Notes under the pieces: model-generated
What the model was told of the DNA's origin: nothing
Seen by the model: only the letters and a program-made list of their open reading frames with translations
Database searches by the model: none
Made by a program: the position numbers and the translations under genes
Shown: in pieces, positions 8,356 through 16,446 of the stretch
Layout of the letters: each line of letters opens with the position of its first letter
Numbering within the stretch: position 1 is the stretch's first letter
Assembly: GCA_029975645.1 (NCBI GenBank)
Contig: JARKOU010000002.1
Span: 2,987 to 66,986, forward strand
Reading direction: 5' to 3'
DNA from: Actinomycetales bacterium
GTDB lineage: Bacteria > Actinomycetota > Actinomycetes > Actinomycetales > JAHECE01
Length of the DNA stretch: 64,000 nucleotides

Positions 8356-9797
8356 TCTGTGTGTGTCGGTCCGGGTTAGTTGATGTGGGTGGTGAGTCGG
8401 TCGGGGAAGGCGATGAGCAGGGCGCCGAGGGCGCCGCGCCAGCCTTGGGTGACGGCGCCTTCGACGAGGCGTCCGGGGGCGGTGCGTTGGTTGGCGGATT
8501 TGCCGGCTTCTTTGGCGCGTTCGCGGGCTCTCTTGTCCTCGATATCGCGGATCGCGAGCCAGAGCAGTTTCACGACGGCCTCGTCCGAGGGGAAATGGCC
8601 CCGGTTCTTGATGATCTTCCGCAGCTGGTAGTTCAGTGATTCGATCGCGTTCGTGGTGTAGATGATCCTCCTGACCTCGGGCGGGAATTCCAGGAACGGG
8701 ATGAACCGTTCCCAGGCGTTCTCCCACGTCGCCACGGCGGCGGGGTACTTGCGGCCGAGGTCGCCGGCGGCGAAGTCCAGCAGCGCGGTCTCGGCGGCCT
8801 CCACGCTCGGGGCGGTGTAGATCGGCTTGAGCGCGGCGGCGACCTTCTTGCGGTCGGCGTAGGAGACGAACCGCATCGCAGCCCGGATCAGGTGCACCGT
8901 GCACGTTTGGACGATCGCCGCGGGCCAGGTCGCCTCGATCGCCTCGGGGAAGCCGCTGAGCCCGTCGCAGCACACGATCAGGGCGTCCTGGACGCCGCGG
9001 TTGCGCAGCTCGGCCAGGACGGTGGCCCAGAACTTCGCCCCCTCGCTGGTTTGCACCCAGATGCCCAGGACGTGCTTGATCCCGTCCAGGTCGATGCCCA
9101 CCGCGATGTGCGCGGCCTTGTTGCGCACCGCGGCGCCGTCCTTGACCTTGACCACGATCGCGTCGAGGTAGATCACCGGGTAGATCGGATCCAGCGGGCG
9201 GGACTGCCAGGCCTTGACCTCCTCCAGCACCGCGTCGGTGATCTTGGAGATCGTGTCCGGGGACAGGTCCGTGCCGATCGTGCGGGCCAGGTGGTGACGG
9301 ATGTCCCGCACGGTCATCCCACCCGCGTACAGGCTGATGATCATCTCGTCGAGGCCGCCGATCCGCCGACCACCCTTGGGCACCAGTCGCGGCTCGAACG
9401 TCCCGTCCCGGTCCCGGGGCACGTCCAGGCCGATGCTGCCGACCTCCGAATGCACCGTCTTCGGCGTGCTCCCGGTCCGCGAATTCGGCAGGTACCGCCC
9501 GATCGGGTCACCCTTGTCATACCCCAGGTGCGCGGACAGCTCCGCCGCCAGGCCACGCTCGAGAACCGCTTTGATCATTTCCGGGATGAAACCGCCGTCC
9601 CCGGTCAATTGCAGCGTCCCGTCATCGATCCGGGCCATCACCTCATCCAGCAAACCCGCACCGATCGCGTCCTGGATCGCCTCCCGCGCACTCGGCACCG
9701 GCGTCGGGCGACCGAACGCCGGATGCTCCGCAGCGAACGTCTCAACAGCAGTCATGGTCATCACTCCGTCAGAGTCGGGGACCCCCACCCACACAGA
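8356..9797 (-). mobile_element. IS256-family insertion sequence (minimal extent)
   Basis: There are imperfect terminal inverted repeats. TCTGTGTGTGTCGG starts at 8356. Its partner is CACACAGA at 9790-9797, which reads TCTGTGTGGGTGGG on the other strand. No clear target duplication was found, so the exact ends are uncertain. Confidence 0.45.
8376..9761 (-). CDS. IS256-family transposase (apparently intact)
   Basis: MTMTAVETF...DRDGTFEPRLVPKGGRR...YPVIYLDAIVVKVKDG...IVQTCTVHLIRAAMRF...FIPFLEFPPEVRRIIYTTNAIESLNYQLRKIIKNRGHFPSDEA is the full mutator-type IS256 signature. The start is ATG 9761 or ATG 9755. Confidence 0.9.
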   Translation of the reverse strand: MTMTAVETFAAEHPAFGRPTPVPSAREAIQDAIGAGLLDEVMARIDDGTLQLTGDGGFIPEMIKAVLERGLAAELSAHLGYDKGDPIGRYLPNSRTGSTPKTVHSEVGSIGLDVPRDRDGTFEPRLVPKGGRRIGGLDEMIISLYAGGMTVRDIRHHLARTIGTDLSPDTISKITDAVLEEVKAWQSRPLDPIYPVIYLDAIVVKVKDGAAVRNKAAHIAVGIDLDGIKHVLGIWVQTSEGAKFWATVLAELRNRGVQDALIVCCDGLSGFPEAIEATWPAAIVQTCTVHLIRAAMRFVSYADRKKVAAALKPIYTAPSVEAAETALLDFAAGDLGRKYPAAVATWENAWERFIPFLEFPPEVRRIIYTTNAIESLNYQLRKIIKNRGHFPSDEAVVKLLWLAIRDIEDKRARERAKEAGKSANQRTAPGRLVEGAVTQGWRGALGALLIAFPDRLTTHIN

Positions 9798-10409
9798 CCA
9801 TCAGACACGCCCGCGAGGGAGCCGGCGGCGCCGAGCGTCACAGCCAGGAGCGCAAACAGACCCTGCGCGAGGCTCTCCGACATCGTATTCCCCTTTACCC
9901 CTGTGCGTTCGCCGTCCACCCAAATCAATGTTGCTTCGAACCGGGCAACGTGGCCACGGAGGTGGCGACCTCGTCAGGCACCTGGTGTCGACCGGGCACA
10001 ACACCTAGCACGACGGCCTACGAAACCGCGACCAAGGCCACCCTAACCGGGCTTCGATCGCACCGCTGCACCGCCGCGGATTCGAGTCCGTGCGCTGTCA
10101 GGTCGCTAATGGCACGGCCCGATCTGCTAGGTGATTCTTGGCTTGGTCGATCCGTCGTACGCCACCGTCGAGGACCACGGCACCATCCGCCCGCGTTGGC
10201 TCGCCGGCCAACTCGGCGACACCATCATCAACCGGGGCCACCAGGCTTACCGCCGAACCGACGGCATCGCCGTCCGCCCCGTCGGCCCGGTCCTGCCCGC
10301 CCAGGCGCGCGAACCACAGCACACCCCACCCCTTGCCCTGCACCCCCATGTCCTGAATGCACGTATGCTACCTTCGATAGTTGCAGGTACACGACAGCGG
10401 GGAGGCGGC

Positions 10410-13400
10410 GTGCACGGCGGGGTGATCCTGTTCCGGGGGACGGGTGCCGCCGCGCGCCGGTACCTGGAGTCGGATCGCTCGCGGGCGGACGAGTACTACC
10501 TGGACGCCGGGGCCTCGCCGGCAGAGCTGTCCGTCGTCGACCATGCCGGGACGGTGGCCGAGGAGGCGTCGCTGTCGCCGGTGGAGTACGCGGGCTGGGT
10601 GGACTGGGTGAACCCGGTCACCGGGGAGTCGATGGGCAGGGCCCGGCAGGGCGGGGACGGGCGGCGGGGCTCGCCGCGGTTCGCGGAGATGGTGGTGAAC
10701 ACCCCGAAGTCGTTGTCGATCGCCGCCGCGCTGCACCCGGAGGTGTCCGAGGCGCTGGATGTCGCGCAGCGGGACGCCGTGGCTGAGATCCGGTCGTGGC
10801 TCGGGGCGCACTCGGTGACCCGGGTCGGTCCGCGCGGGCGGCAGGAGGTCGTGCCGGTGGAGCGGCTCGCGACGGTCGCGATCGTGCACCGGACCTCGCG
10901 GGCGGGTGACCCGCACCGGCACATCCACCTGCAGGTCGGCACCCGGGTGTGGGCCGCGGGGGCGTGGCGCGGGCTGGACACGGCGGCGCTGTTCCGTCAG
11001 CAGGGCGCGATCCGGGCGCTCGGCACCGCGGTGCTGGCGGCCCACCCCCGCCTCGCCGCGGTGCTGGACGCCCACGGGCTGACGCTCGACCCGGTCACCG
11101 GGGAGGTGGCCGAGCTGGTGCCGTTCAACGCGGTGCTGAGCAAGCGCGCCGAGCAGGTCGCGCGCAACCTCGCCGCGCTGGAGGCGCGGTGGGAGGCCGC
11201 CCACCCCGGCGTCGAGCCCGGCCGGACCGTCCGAGCCCGCTGGCAGGCCCAGGCGTGGGATCACGAGCGTCCGCACAAGAAGCCCTCCCACCTGGGCAGC
11301 GAGTCCGGCTGGTTGCGCGAGCTGGACGCGGCCGGGTACACCCCCGGCCTGCCCCGCGCCCCTCGTCCCTCCCCCGTGGCGCTGGAGGATCTGCGGGTGC
11401 AGGAGGTCGCGAACCGGGCGTTGGACCGGTGCAGCTCGGCGGCGTCGACGTGGACCGTGCACGACATCCAGGAGCACGTCACCCGCCTGCTCACCGAGGT
11501 AGGGGTCCGCGCCGAACGCCACGAGCTGCGCGAGGTCATCGCGATGACGACCCGACTCGCCGCGCAGGACTGCTTCTCGGTGCTGCCACCCGGGACGGCC
11601 CGCCCGGAGCACGTCGCGCACCTGACCACCCTGCGCGTCATCGACGTCGACACCCAGCTGCGGGACCTGCTGACCGCCCGCGCCGCCCAGCCAGCCGCGG
11701 GCGCGCCCGACGTCGACGCCTTGGCGCGTGACCGCGGTCTGGATGACGAGCAGGCGCAGGCCGCGGCGGCGGTCGCATCGGCCGACCCGCTGGTCGTCAT
11801 CGAGGGTGCCGCCGGTGCCGGCAAGACCACGATGCTCGGCGCGGCGATCCACGCCGCCGCGCTCCAGGGCCGCGCGACCAGGATCGTGACGCCGACGAAG
11901 AAGGCCGCCGACGTCGCCGCCCGCGAGCTCGGCGTCCCGGCCGACTCGGTGGCCAAGCTCGTGCACGAGCACGGGTGGCGGTGGAACACCGACGGCGTCT
12001 GGACCCGCCTGGGCGTCGGGGAGGCCGACCCCGACACCGGCCGCCCCTACACCGGCCCAGGCGCGGCCGCGCGCCTGCGCCGCGGGGAGCGGATCGTCGT
12101 GGACGAGGCCGGGATGCTCGACCAGGACACCGCCCTGGCCCTGCTGCGCCTGGCCGACGAGGCCGGCGCGAGCCTGGCCCTGATCGGAGACCGCGCCCAG
12201 CTGCCCTCCGTCGGTCGGGGCGGCGTCCTCGAGATCGCCGCCCAGGTCTGCCCGCGCACGTTCGACATGGCCACGGTCCACCGGTTCACCGACCCCGAGT
12301 ACGCCGACCTGAGCGTGCGGATGCGCCGCGGCGAGGACCCAACGGCGCTGTTCGACCGACTGCACGCCCTCGGCCTCGTCGTGCTGCACCCGAGCACCGA
12401 GGACGCGCACGCGGCCATCGCGCGCAGCGCAGGGGTGGGTGATGCGGTCACCGTCGCCACGAACGACGACGCCCGGGCCCTGAACACGACCATCCGCCGC
12501 CGGCGCGTCCAGCGGGGTGACGTCGACGACGCCCGCACCGCCCGCGGCAGCGACGCCCTGCCGATCGGCGCCGGCGACGTGATCCAGACCCGCCGCAACG
12601 CCGCCGACCTGCGCGTGGCGAACCGCCAGACCTGGACCGTCCAGCACGTCACCGACACCGGCGAGGTCTGGGCCCGCCAGGCGGGCCCCGGGCGAGCGGA
12701 CCGGGCCAGCGTGCGCCTGCCGGCCGCCTACGTCGCCGAGCACACCCACCTCGCCTACGCCGCGACCGCGTACGGCGTGCAGGGGGCGACCACGCCCGCC
12801 GCGCACACCCTCCTGAGCGACGCCCTGGACGCCTCCGGGCTGTACGTCGCCATGACCCGCGGACGGCACACCAACACCCTGCACGTCATCGCCGCGGACC
12901 TGGCCGACGCCCGCGAGCAGTTCACCACCGCCCTGCAGCGCGACCGCGCCGACCGCGGCCTGAGCGCCGCGACCCGCACCGCCACCCACGCCGTCGCCGG
13001 CCTGGTCGAGGACGGGCCCGTCGCGCTCGTCAACGCCGAACGCGCCCGACTCCTGCACCGGATCCAGACCGCCGAGCAGGAGGCCACCCGGTGCGAGGAC
13101 GCCCTCGGCGCGCTCGCCCGGCAGAACGAGCAGCACCGCACCGCCCGCGAGGAGCAGACCCAGACCGTCGCGGTCGCCGACGCCCACCTCGCCCGCGCGC
13201 GGGCCGTCGCCGCCGCCCCCCTGCTCGAGCGGGACAGCGCCGACGGCGCCGACTACCTCGCCATGCAGCAGCGGATGTGGCAGGCGAACCGCGCCCAGAC
13301 CGCCGTAGGTCGGTTCGGGCGGCGGGCCGCGGCTCGCACCGCGCGCGACGCCATCGGGGCCTACCGCACCACCGAGGAGACCGTGCGACGGCGCTGGGGC

Positions 13401-13847
13401 GACGTCCCGCTCACCACGGACCACCTCCCCCACTGGGCGCAGGCCGTCGCCGACCACCACGCCGACGCCGACCCGCGCGTCATCGCCGCGTCGCGGGCCG
13501 CCGACCACGCCCACCAGCAGCTGCGCGACCTCACCGCCCAGCACGCCGACGCCCGCGCCGCGCTGTGGCACAGCATCGGCGCCGGTCAACGACCCAGCGA
13601 CCTCCAGGTCAACGCCACCCAGTCCCGCGCCCGCGCCGACCACGCCCGCCGCGCCCTCGCCCAGATCGACGCCCTCCCCGTGACCGACGCCGCCCAGCTC
13701 ATCCGCGACCGACAGGCACAGGCCCCCACCGAGCGCATCGCCGTCGAGGCCGCGAACCGGGCAAGAGCGGCCGAACCCGCCCGCTGGCGCTCACCCGCCC
13801 CCGGTCACCAGCCCGACCCCGACCGCGGCATCGGTCCGAGCCTGTAG
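10410..13847 (+). CDS. MobF-family conjugative relaxase (TrwC/TraA-like) fused to a RecD/TraA-type helicase
   Basis: GTG 10410 follows SD GGGGAGG. The relaxase histidine motif is HRTSRAGDPHRHIHLQVG. Helicase motifs are Walker A VIEGAAGAGKTTMLG, Walker B IVVDEAGMLD, then LIGDRAQLPSVGRGG, ATVHRF and YAATAYGVQGAT...LYVAMTRGRHTNTLHV. The region 10131-10409 of the ORF track is probably non-coding leader. Confidence 0.85.
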   Translation: MHGGVILFRGTGAAARRYLESDRSRADEYYLDAGASPAELSVVDHAGTVAEEASLSPVEYAGWVDWVNPVTGESMGRARQGGDGRRGSPRFAEMVVNTPKSLSIAAALHPEVSEALDVAQRDAVAEIRSWLGAHSVTRVGPRGRQEVVPVERLATVAIVHRTSRAGDPHRHIHLQVGTRVWAAGAWRGLDTAALFRQQGAIRALGTAVLAAHPRLAAVLDAHGLTLDPVTGEVAELVPFNAVLSKRAEQVARNLAALEARWEAAHPGVEPGRTVRARWQAQAWDHERPHKKPSHLGSESGWLRELDAAGYTPGLPRAPRPSPVALEDLRVQEVANRALDRCSSAASTWTVHDIQEHVTRLLTEVGVRAERHELREVIAMTTRLAAQDCFSVLPPGTARPEHVAHLTTLRVIDVDTQLRDLLTARAAQPAAGAPDVDALARDRGLDDEQAQAAAAVASADPLVVIEGAAGAGKTTMLGAAIHAAALQGRATRIVTPTKKAADVAARELGVPADSVAKLVHEHGWRWNTDGVWTRLGVGEADPDTGRPYTGPGAAARLRRGERIVVDEAGMLDQDTALALLRLADEAGASLALIGDRAQLPSVGRGGVLEIAAQVCPRTFDMATVHRFTDPEYADLSVRMRRGEDPTALFDRLHALGLVVLHPSTEDAHAAIARSAGVGDAVTVATNDDARALNTTIRRRRVQRGDVDDARTARGSDALPIGAGDVIQTRRNAADLRVANRQTWTVQHVTDTGEVWARQAGPGRADRASVRLPAAYVAEHTHLAYAATAYGVQGATTPAAHTLLSDALDASGLYVAMTRGRHTNTLHVIAADLADAREQFTTALQRDRADRGLSAATRTATHAVAGLVEDGPVALVNAERARLLHRIQTAEQEATRCEDALGALARQNEQHRTAREEQTQTVAVADAHLARARAVAAAPLLERDSADGADYLAMQQRMWQANRAQTAVGRFGRRAAARTARDAIGAYRTTEETVRRRWGDVPLTTDHLPHWAQAVADHHADADPRVIAASRAADHAHQQLRDLTAQHADARAALWHSIGAGQRPSDLQVNATQSRARADHARRALAQIDALPVTDAAQLIRDRQAQAPTERIAVEAANRARAAEPARWRSPAPGHQPDPDRGIGPSL

Positions 13848-13855
13848 ACCGGCCG

Positions 13856-13873
13856 CCGTCGGGGACGAAGAGG
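13856..13873 (+). repeat. Direct repeat copy 1 (CCGTCGGGGACGAAGAGG), left of the higBA cassette
   Basis: It is identical to 14841-14859 except for one inserted A in copy 2. Confidence 0.85.
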
Positions 13874-14127
13874 GTTGCCTTGGGGCGCCGGAGGCGGCGA
13901 AGCCCGTCGCGGTGGCCGGACGGGACCCGGGCCCGCCGTGACTCCTCGCCTGGCGGCTCGCCGACCTGCTCGTCGCCCAGTCGGTGACCAATGCCGGGAG
14001 CGCTCCGTCAGGACCTCGGCGTCTCGCCGCCGGCCGCTTCGAGCATCCGGGTCGGCGGGGGCCCCACCACCCAGGCTGCGGAGCGTCCCTTTCCCCGCAA
14101 AAAGAGAGACCGAATCGAGCCACTCTT

Positions 14128-14151
14128 GTATCGCGTATCGCTACGCGATAC
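14128..14151. promoter_or_regulatory. Perfect 10-4-10 palindrome, candidate HigA operator overlapping the higBA promoter
   Basis: GTATCGCGTA at 14128-14137, spacer TCGC, then TACGCGATAC at 14142-14151. It ends 10 nt before the higB GTG at 14162. It is flanked by a TTGTA -35-like element and a TACGGT -10-like element. Confidence 0.5.
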
Positions 14152-14161
14152 GGTTTGTCGC

Positions 14162-14440
14162 GTGATCGTCGGCTTTCGGCACAAGGGTCTGGAGCAGCTG
14201 TACCGCGACGGGTCGAAGCGGGGCGTCCAGGCCGCCCACGTGCCGAAGCTGCTGCGCATCCTGTCCGCGCTCGACGTAGCGCAGGCGCCGGAAGACCTGG
14301 CGATCCCGTCGTTTCGGACGCACCCGCTGAAGGGCGACCTCACGGGGCTCTGGTCGATCTGGGTGAACGGCAACTGGCGAGTGACGTTCAGGTTCGTCGA
14401 GAACGACGTCGAGCTCGTCGACTATCAGGACTACCACTGA
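14162..14440 (+). CDS. higB: HigB-type toxin (RelE/ParE superfamily, plasmid maintenance killer)
   Basis: VIVGFRHKGLEQLYRDGSKRGVQAAHVPKLLRILSALDVA...HPLKGDLTGLWSIWVNGNWRVTFRFVENDVELVDYQDYH matches the HigB/killer-protein pattern (HxLkGdl.g.wsi.v.gnwRi.F). The toxin-first gene order is typical of higBA. Confidence 0.8.
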   Translation: MIVGFRHKGLEQLYRDGSKRGVQAAHVPKLLRILSALDVAQAPEDLAIPSFRTHPLKGDLTGLWSIWVNGNWRVTFRFVENDVELVDYQDYH

Positions 14441-14462
14441 GTGCGAGGTGAGGATCGTGGCG

Positions 14463-14744
14463 ATGAAGAACCCGGTGCACCCGGGCGAGATCCTGCGGGA
14501 AGACGTGCTGGCCGACCTCGGTCTGGGCGTCGGTGAGACCGCGTCGCGGCTTGGGATCTCGCGCGTGGCCCTGAGCAGGGTCTTGCACGGTCACGCCCGG
14601 ATCAGCCCGAACCTCGCGGTGCGGCTCGAGGCAGCCGGCGTGGGTACCGCCCGCGCGTGGCTGGCGATGCAGGCGGCCTACGATCTGGCCACGGAGCGGG
14701 CATCCGGCGCACCCACGGTTCGCCGCCTCAGCGACGTCGCCTGA
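14463..14744 (+). CDS. higA: HigA-type antitoxin (XRE-family HTH)
   Basis: MKNPVHPGEILREDVLADLGLGVGETASRLGISRVALSRVLHGHARISPNLAVRLEAA is the canonical HigA N-terminus and HTH. An AGGA SD lies 8 nt upstream of ATG 14463. Confidence 0.85.
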   Translation: MKNPVHPGEILREDVLADLGLGVGETASRLGISRVALSRVLHGHARISPNLAVRLEAAGVGTARAWLAMQAAYDLATERASGAPTVRRLSDVA

Positions 14745-14840
14745 GGACCGGGAGTCGCGCTGGTCCTCGGGGCGACGGGCCCTGACGACTCGGCACCCAT
14801 TTCACGGCGCGACGCGACCAGCGGAACGCTCCACTCGGGC

Positions 14841-14859
14841 CCGTACGGGGACGAAGAGG
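14841..14859 (+). repeat. Direct repeat copy 2 (CCGTACGGGGACGAAGAGG), right of the higBA cassette
   Basis: This is the partner of 13856-13873. It is immediately followed by the tRNA-like T-arm/acceptor remnant. Confidence 0.85.
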
Positions 14860-14861
14860 TC

Positions 14862-14888
14862 GTGGGTTCAACTCCCCCTCGCGCACCA
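14862..14888 (+). other. tRNA-like 3' remnant (T-arm, acceptor 3' strand, CCA) without a tRNA body; possible att-site relic
   Basis: GTGGGTTCAACTCCCCCTCGCGCACCA has the G-TTCAACT-C T-loop signature followed by 7 nt and CCA. Upstream sequence cannot be folded into D or anticodon arms, and the T-stem has one mismatch. Confidence 0.4.
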
Positions 14889-14949
14889 AGAAAGTGGCTT
14901 TGGCCAGCGGGGCAAGTACCGGCTCACGACAGTGGCGGGGAGCGCTCGT

Positions 14950-15675
14950 TCAGATCTCAGGGGCGGCGCTCGGGCCGTCTCGACCGTCGACGATGAAGTC
15001 GACGCTGAGGGCGTAGCGGTCGGGGACGTAGCAGCTGGAGGTGTGCTCGATCGCACCGCGGTGGGAGTCGCGTACCGTTCTGGTCTCGACCAGGAGTGCC
15101 GTGTCCGGTGTCACGCCGAGGTCTACGGCGTGTTCGCCAGCCGCGCGGGCGCCGAGCACGGAGTGTCCAGACGTGGGGTCGAAACCCCACCGGCGGATGG
15201 CGGCGTGCACGGAGTCGTGCTCGAGGTCGATGTCCAGGAGCCCACGCAGGGCGGGCACGAACGCCGCTTCTTCAAGGGCGATGGGTACGTCGTCGAAGCA
15301 GCGCACACGCGTGATTGCGACGACCTCGTGCGCGTCGAGCGTGTTCAGTTCCTCGCCGGTCGGTTCGCGTATCAATGCGCTGAGTACCCGGGAGCGAGCC
15401 TGCTTGCCCAGGGACGTTGCCTCGTCGTGGAAGCTCATCAACCGGGCGACACGACGCGTAGTGGTGGAGCGGCGCACGAAGGTCCCCTTGCCGGGGATGC
15501 GCTCCAGCAGGCCGTCGCGCTCAAGGATGCCCACGGCTTGACGCGCGGTCATCCGCGAGACGCCGAACTCCTCCGCGAGTTGAGTCTCTGAGGCAATCCG
15601 CGAACCCTCCTCAAGGCTCCCGATGCGTCGTCGCAGGTCGCGCTCGATGCGCTCGTAGATCGGCTGGTGGCCCAT
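14950..15675 (-). CDS. GntR-family (HutC/UTRA subfamily) transcriptional regulator
   Basis: The N-terminal winged HTH is IYERIERDLRRRIGSLEEGSRIASETQLAEEFGVSRMTARQAVGILERDGLLERIPGKGTFV. It is followed by a UTRA-like effector domain. Confidence 0.85.
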   Translation of the reverse strand: MGHQPIYERIERDLRRRIGSLEEGSRIASETQLAEEFGVSRMTARQAVGILERDGLLERIPGKGTFVRRSTTTRRVARLMSFHDEATSLGKQARSRVLSALIREPTGEELNTLDAHEVVAITRVRCFDDVPIALEEAAFVPALRGLLDIDLEHDSVHAAIRRWGFDPTSGHSVLGARAAGEHAVDLGVTPDTALLVETRTVRDSHRGAIEHTSSCYVPDRYALSVDFIVDGRDGPSAAPEI

Positions 15676-15716
15676 GACCCCTCCGAGGTGCGCTTGTCTG
15701 ACTGTCGCTCGTCAGC

Positions 15717-15729
15717 ATAGACTGTCTAT
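15717..15729. promoter_or_regulatory. Perfect palindrome ATAGAC-T-GTCTAT plus extra half-sites, candidate GntR/HutC operator
   Basis: It lies in the 75-84 bp divergent gap between the GntR and HAD genes. An additional TAGACA sits at 15736-15741 and a GTCTGAC/GTCAG pair at about 15696-15715. The GTCTA/TAGAC core resembles HutC-family boxes such as the DasR GGTCTAGACC core. Confidence 0.5.
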
Positions 15730-15759
15730 ACAGCCTAGACAGCGTGAGAGGTGGGAGAC

Positions 15760-16446
15760 GTGGGACAAATCGAGGCGGCGTTGTTCGACTGCGACGGACT
15801 GCTGGTGGCTACCGAGGCGCTGTTCACGGTGGCCGAGGCAGAGATCTTCGCCTCGCGGGGCAGGACGTTCGGGCCCGAGCACAAGCAGCAGGTCCTGGGC
15901 CACCCCGTGCGTGAGGTCGGCCGGCGACTTGCCGAGATGCTCGGCGAACCGGGGGTCGGTGACCGCCTCGCCGCGGAGCTGCTGGCGCGGGTCGAGGAGC
16001 TCGTCGCCGAGCCGCTGGAGCCTCTCCCCGGCGTGCTCGATGTCCTGGAGGCCTGCCGTGGCCGGGTGGCGACGGTCGTGGTGAGCAACAGTCCGCGCGT
16101 CCTGGTCGAGACCACGTTGCGCTCGGCGGGCCTGGACGGGCGGTTCGACGCAGTGGTCACCCTGGAGGATGCCGAGCACCCCAAACCGGCCCCCGACCTC
16201 TACCTCCATGGCGCCCGACGTGCCGGCGCCACCCCCGGGGCCTGCATCGCGTTCGAGGACTCACCCACCGGTGTTCGGGCAGCACGCGCCGCCAACATCC
16301 GCGTCATCGGTGTGCCTGCCCATGCCGGCCATGACATCGGCGCTACCTGGCAGCTGCCCTCGCTCGCGTCCCCATCTGCACGGCAACTTCTCGCCGACCT
16401 GCTCGGCCTCGAGCTCGCAGCATCGGCAGCCGAGCTCACCGCGTAG
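15760..16446 (+). CDS. HAD-superfamily hydrolase (subfamily IA, beta-phosphoglucomutase/phosphatase-like)
   Basis: Motif I is AALFDCDGLLV, followed by VVSNSPR and FEDSPTGVRAARAANIRVIGVP. The start is GTG 15760 (SD GAGAGG upstream) or GTG 15751. Confidence 0.8.
   Translation: MGQIEAALFDCDGLLVATEALFTVAEAEIFASRGRTFGPEHKQQVLGHPVREVGRRLAEMLGEPGVGDRLAAELLARVEELVAEPLEPLPGVLDVLEACRGRVATVVVSNSPRVLVETTLRSAGLDGRFDAVVTLEDAEHPKPAPDLYLHGARRAGATPGACIAFEDSPTGVRAARAANIRVIGVPAHAGHDIGATWQLPSLASPSARQLLADLLGLELAASAAELTA

Noticed and set aside
10076-10100. Second tRNA T-arm-like motif (GCGGATTCGAGTCCGTGCGCTGTCA) upstream of the relaxase, which together with 14862-14888 might have marked attL/attR.
   Set aside because: The stem pairs only with a non-canonical 6-nt loop and there is no CCA. 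The sequence is unrelated to the 14862-14888 remnant, so the two cannot be duplicated att cores of one integration event.
10131-10409. N-terminal extension of the relaxase ORF (93 extra codons).
   Set aside because: There is no relaxase-like sequence in the extension. A strong SD (GGGGAGG) precedes GTG 10410, and the product then begins VHGGVILFRGTGAAARRYLESDRSRADEYYL, matching how actinobacterial MobF relaxases start.
10368-13643. 1,091-aa minus-strand ORF and other very long ORFs antisense to real genes: 21607-24714, 37158-39743, 26369-28852, 61844-63667, 19645-21345, 46501-47907, 60356-61750.
   Set aside because: These are typical high-G+C shadow ORFs. They have Arg/Gly/Pro/Ala-dominated, motif-free translations lying exactly opposite genes with unambiguous family signatures.
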